Shown here piece by piece: positions 36,888 to 38,081 of a DNA stretch of 38,081 nt (positions within the stretch are counted from its first letter, which is position 1; every line of letters begins with the position of its first letter). The notes under the pieces were generated by a model. That model was given only the letters and a program-made list of their open reading frames with translations, searched no databases and was not told the origin of the DNA. Where the stretch lies: contig JAHLWZ010000959.1 in the NCBI GenBank assembly GCA_020536535.1, positions 1 through 38,081 on the forward strand, read 5' to 3'. The DNA comes from Pelomyxa schiedti. Lineage: Eukaryota > Protista > Evosea. The position numbers and the translations under genes were made by a program.

Positions 36888-36940
36888 CCAACATTCACTG
36901 TCACAGTATCCGCATCAGACATTATAGCGGGAACATAAAG
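36888..36940 (-). pseudogene. Inverted fragment of PFDN5 exon 3 (copy B)
   Basis: Reverse complement ctttatgttcccgctataatgtctgatgcggatactgtgacagtgaatgttgg matches 10817-10869 with four substitutions (LYVPAIMSDADTVTVNVG). Confidence 0.9.
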
Positions 36941-37389
36941 GTAAAACAAGTAAAATATGGCCCAGTGGGTAAAAACGACATCAGTGCAGGGAAAGCCAGA
37001 CGTCTGAAGAAAGAAGCTCTGGCTGGGACTCAGGGTATTATAGTGCATGATGGATTTAATGAAACACCCTCACACTCCTTCAGAGAAAGCAGTGCTACTA
37101 CCCTCACTAGATGTTATGAAGCACGCCATGTGCCAGGGAGCTCTCCTATTCTGTTCTGTTCCTGTTTCTGCTGTATTGTCGTTGATCGCATTGAGCGAAA
37201 TTCGAAAGGTCCGGAATATCTCCTGGGACAAAGGTGAACATGTTTTGTAAGCCATGCATAAATATATACGCACGCATGTGAGATAGTGTGACACTTTTGT
37301 TTTTGTTTTGTTTGTCTAGGAGATTTGCCAAAAAAAGGATGAGATTTTTGTGCAAATCTTGAAAGATGATTTTTGTATTCATCGGGAAA

Positions 37390-38081
37390 GATGATGGTGC
37401 CCCAGTCAAGTTCGGTGCCGACGTGTGCCACGACGGCGTCTGCGCCGAACCCGCAGGCGTTCGTGCTTTTCCTATCACTTGACCAGGAGGCTGCTGCTGA
37501 TGCCATGGCAACGACTGCTGAGACTGAAACACCTCCCACCGCGACTGCGAGAACAAGTGCGATGACATCGCGGATTTGCGTTACAAAGTTAAGGATCTCT
37601 TTTCGTCACTGAATCAGGTCAAACCGAGCGACCTCGTAATCACGGTAACTTGTTGCTGCCTTTATTCTTTTTTTTTTTGTGTTTGTGCTTTGTGTTTGTG
37701 CTTTGTGTTTGACAGGCTGCGTAACAGTCTCTTGATTCGTCACTGACGGAACCAGGTTCCAGACGGCAAGGGTTCGTACGTAAGGATGGAGGCGGATCAG
37801 CCCCTCACTGGGGGAACTTTGCAATTTGTCACTTCCAAGATGTGGTTTCCGTTGACATGCCCGCTGCTCCCTCTTCCACGAGTACGGCAGCTCCGGCTCC
37901 CCCAGTAACTTCTCCCGCCACTCTCTGCACCTCCAGTTCGACGACGACGATGACCAGCCTCCTCATCCGTTGTGGCATTCACACAACGTTCCCAGCAGCT
38001 TCGAGTTCACGGCACAGGCTATTGATACTTCTCTTGGACCGAAGTGGCTCAATGGACTGTGCATGGCCCTTGGTTGTTGAC
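37390..38081 (+). CDS. Partial vWA-domain gene, runs off the right edge (absent from the ORF track)
   Basis: Frame open from ~37728 to the window end, finishing HRLLILLLDRSGSMDCAWPLVVD (MIDAS DxSxS at 38037). Probable intron ~37646-37727. The 5' start is uncertain and may be frameshifted. Confidence 0.65.

Noticed and set aside
1-38081. Alternative genetic code, tRNA or rRNA genes
   Set aside because: In-frame stops in the recognised genes are explained by introns. No RNA gene was recognised by eye.

Overview
Gene-dense, intron-rich eukaryotic DNA with short (mostly ~45-60 nt) GT-AG introns. It is probably amoebozoan, possibly an archamoeba such as Pelomyxa; this is inferred from the Shk-type kinase and intron style, not proven. 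Hand-spliced genes, left to right: a TKL kinase with a degenerate SH2 domain (-), prefoldin subunit 5 (+), a SAM-like/vWA/E2 fusion (+), an MFSD13A-like transporter (+), a GPR1/FUN34/SatP acetate transporter (-), a 4x MIB_HERC2/ZZ/ankyrin protein (+), an intronless ERp29-like protein (+), a Q-rich HMG-box protein (+), the DNA polymerase epsilon catalytic subunit (-) with an apparent N-terminal CCHC zinc knuckle and RG-rich tail, an astacin protease with UBR-type zinc fingers and a CaaX end (+), and a partial vWA gene running off the right edge. Both flanks contain inverted, decayed copies of sequence from elsewhere in the window: POLE exon 2, two copies of PFDN5 exon 3, and a 0.5-0.75 kb non-coding block. 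Exon boundaries were read by eye and no database searches were run.
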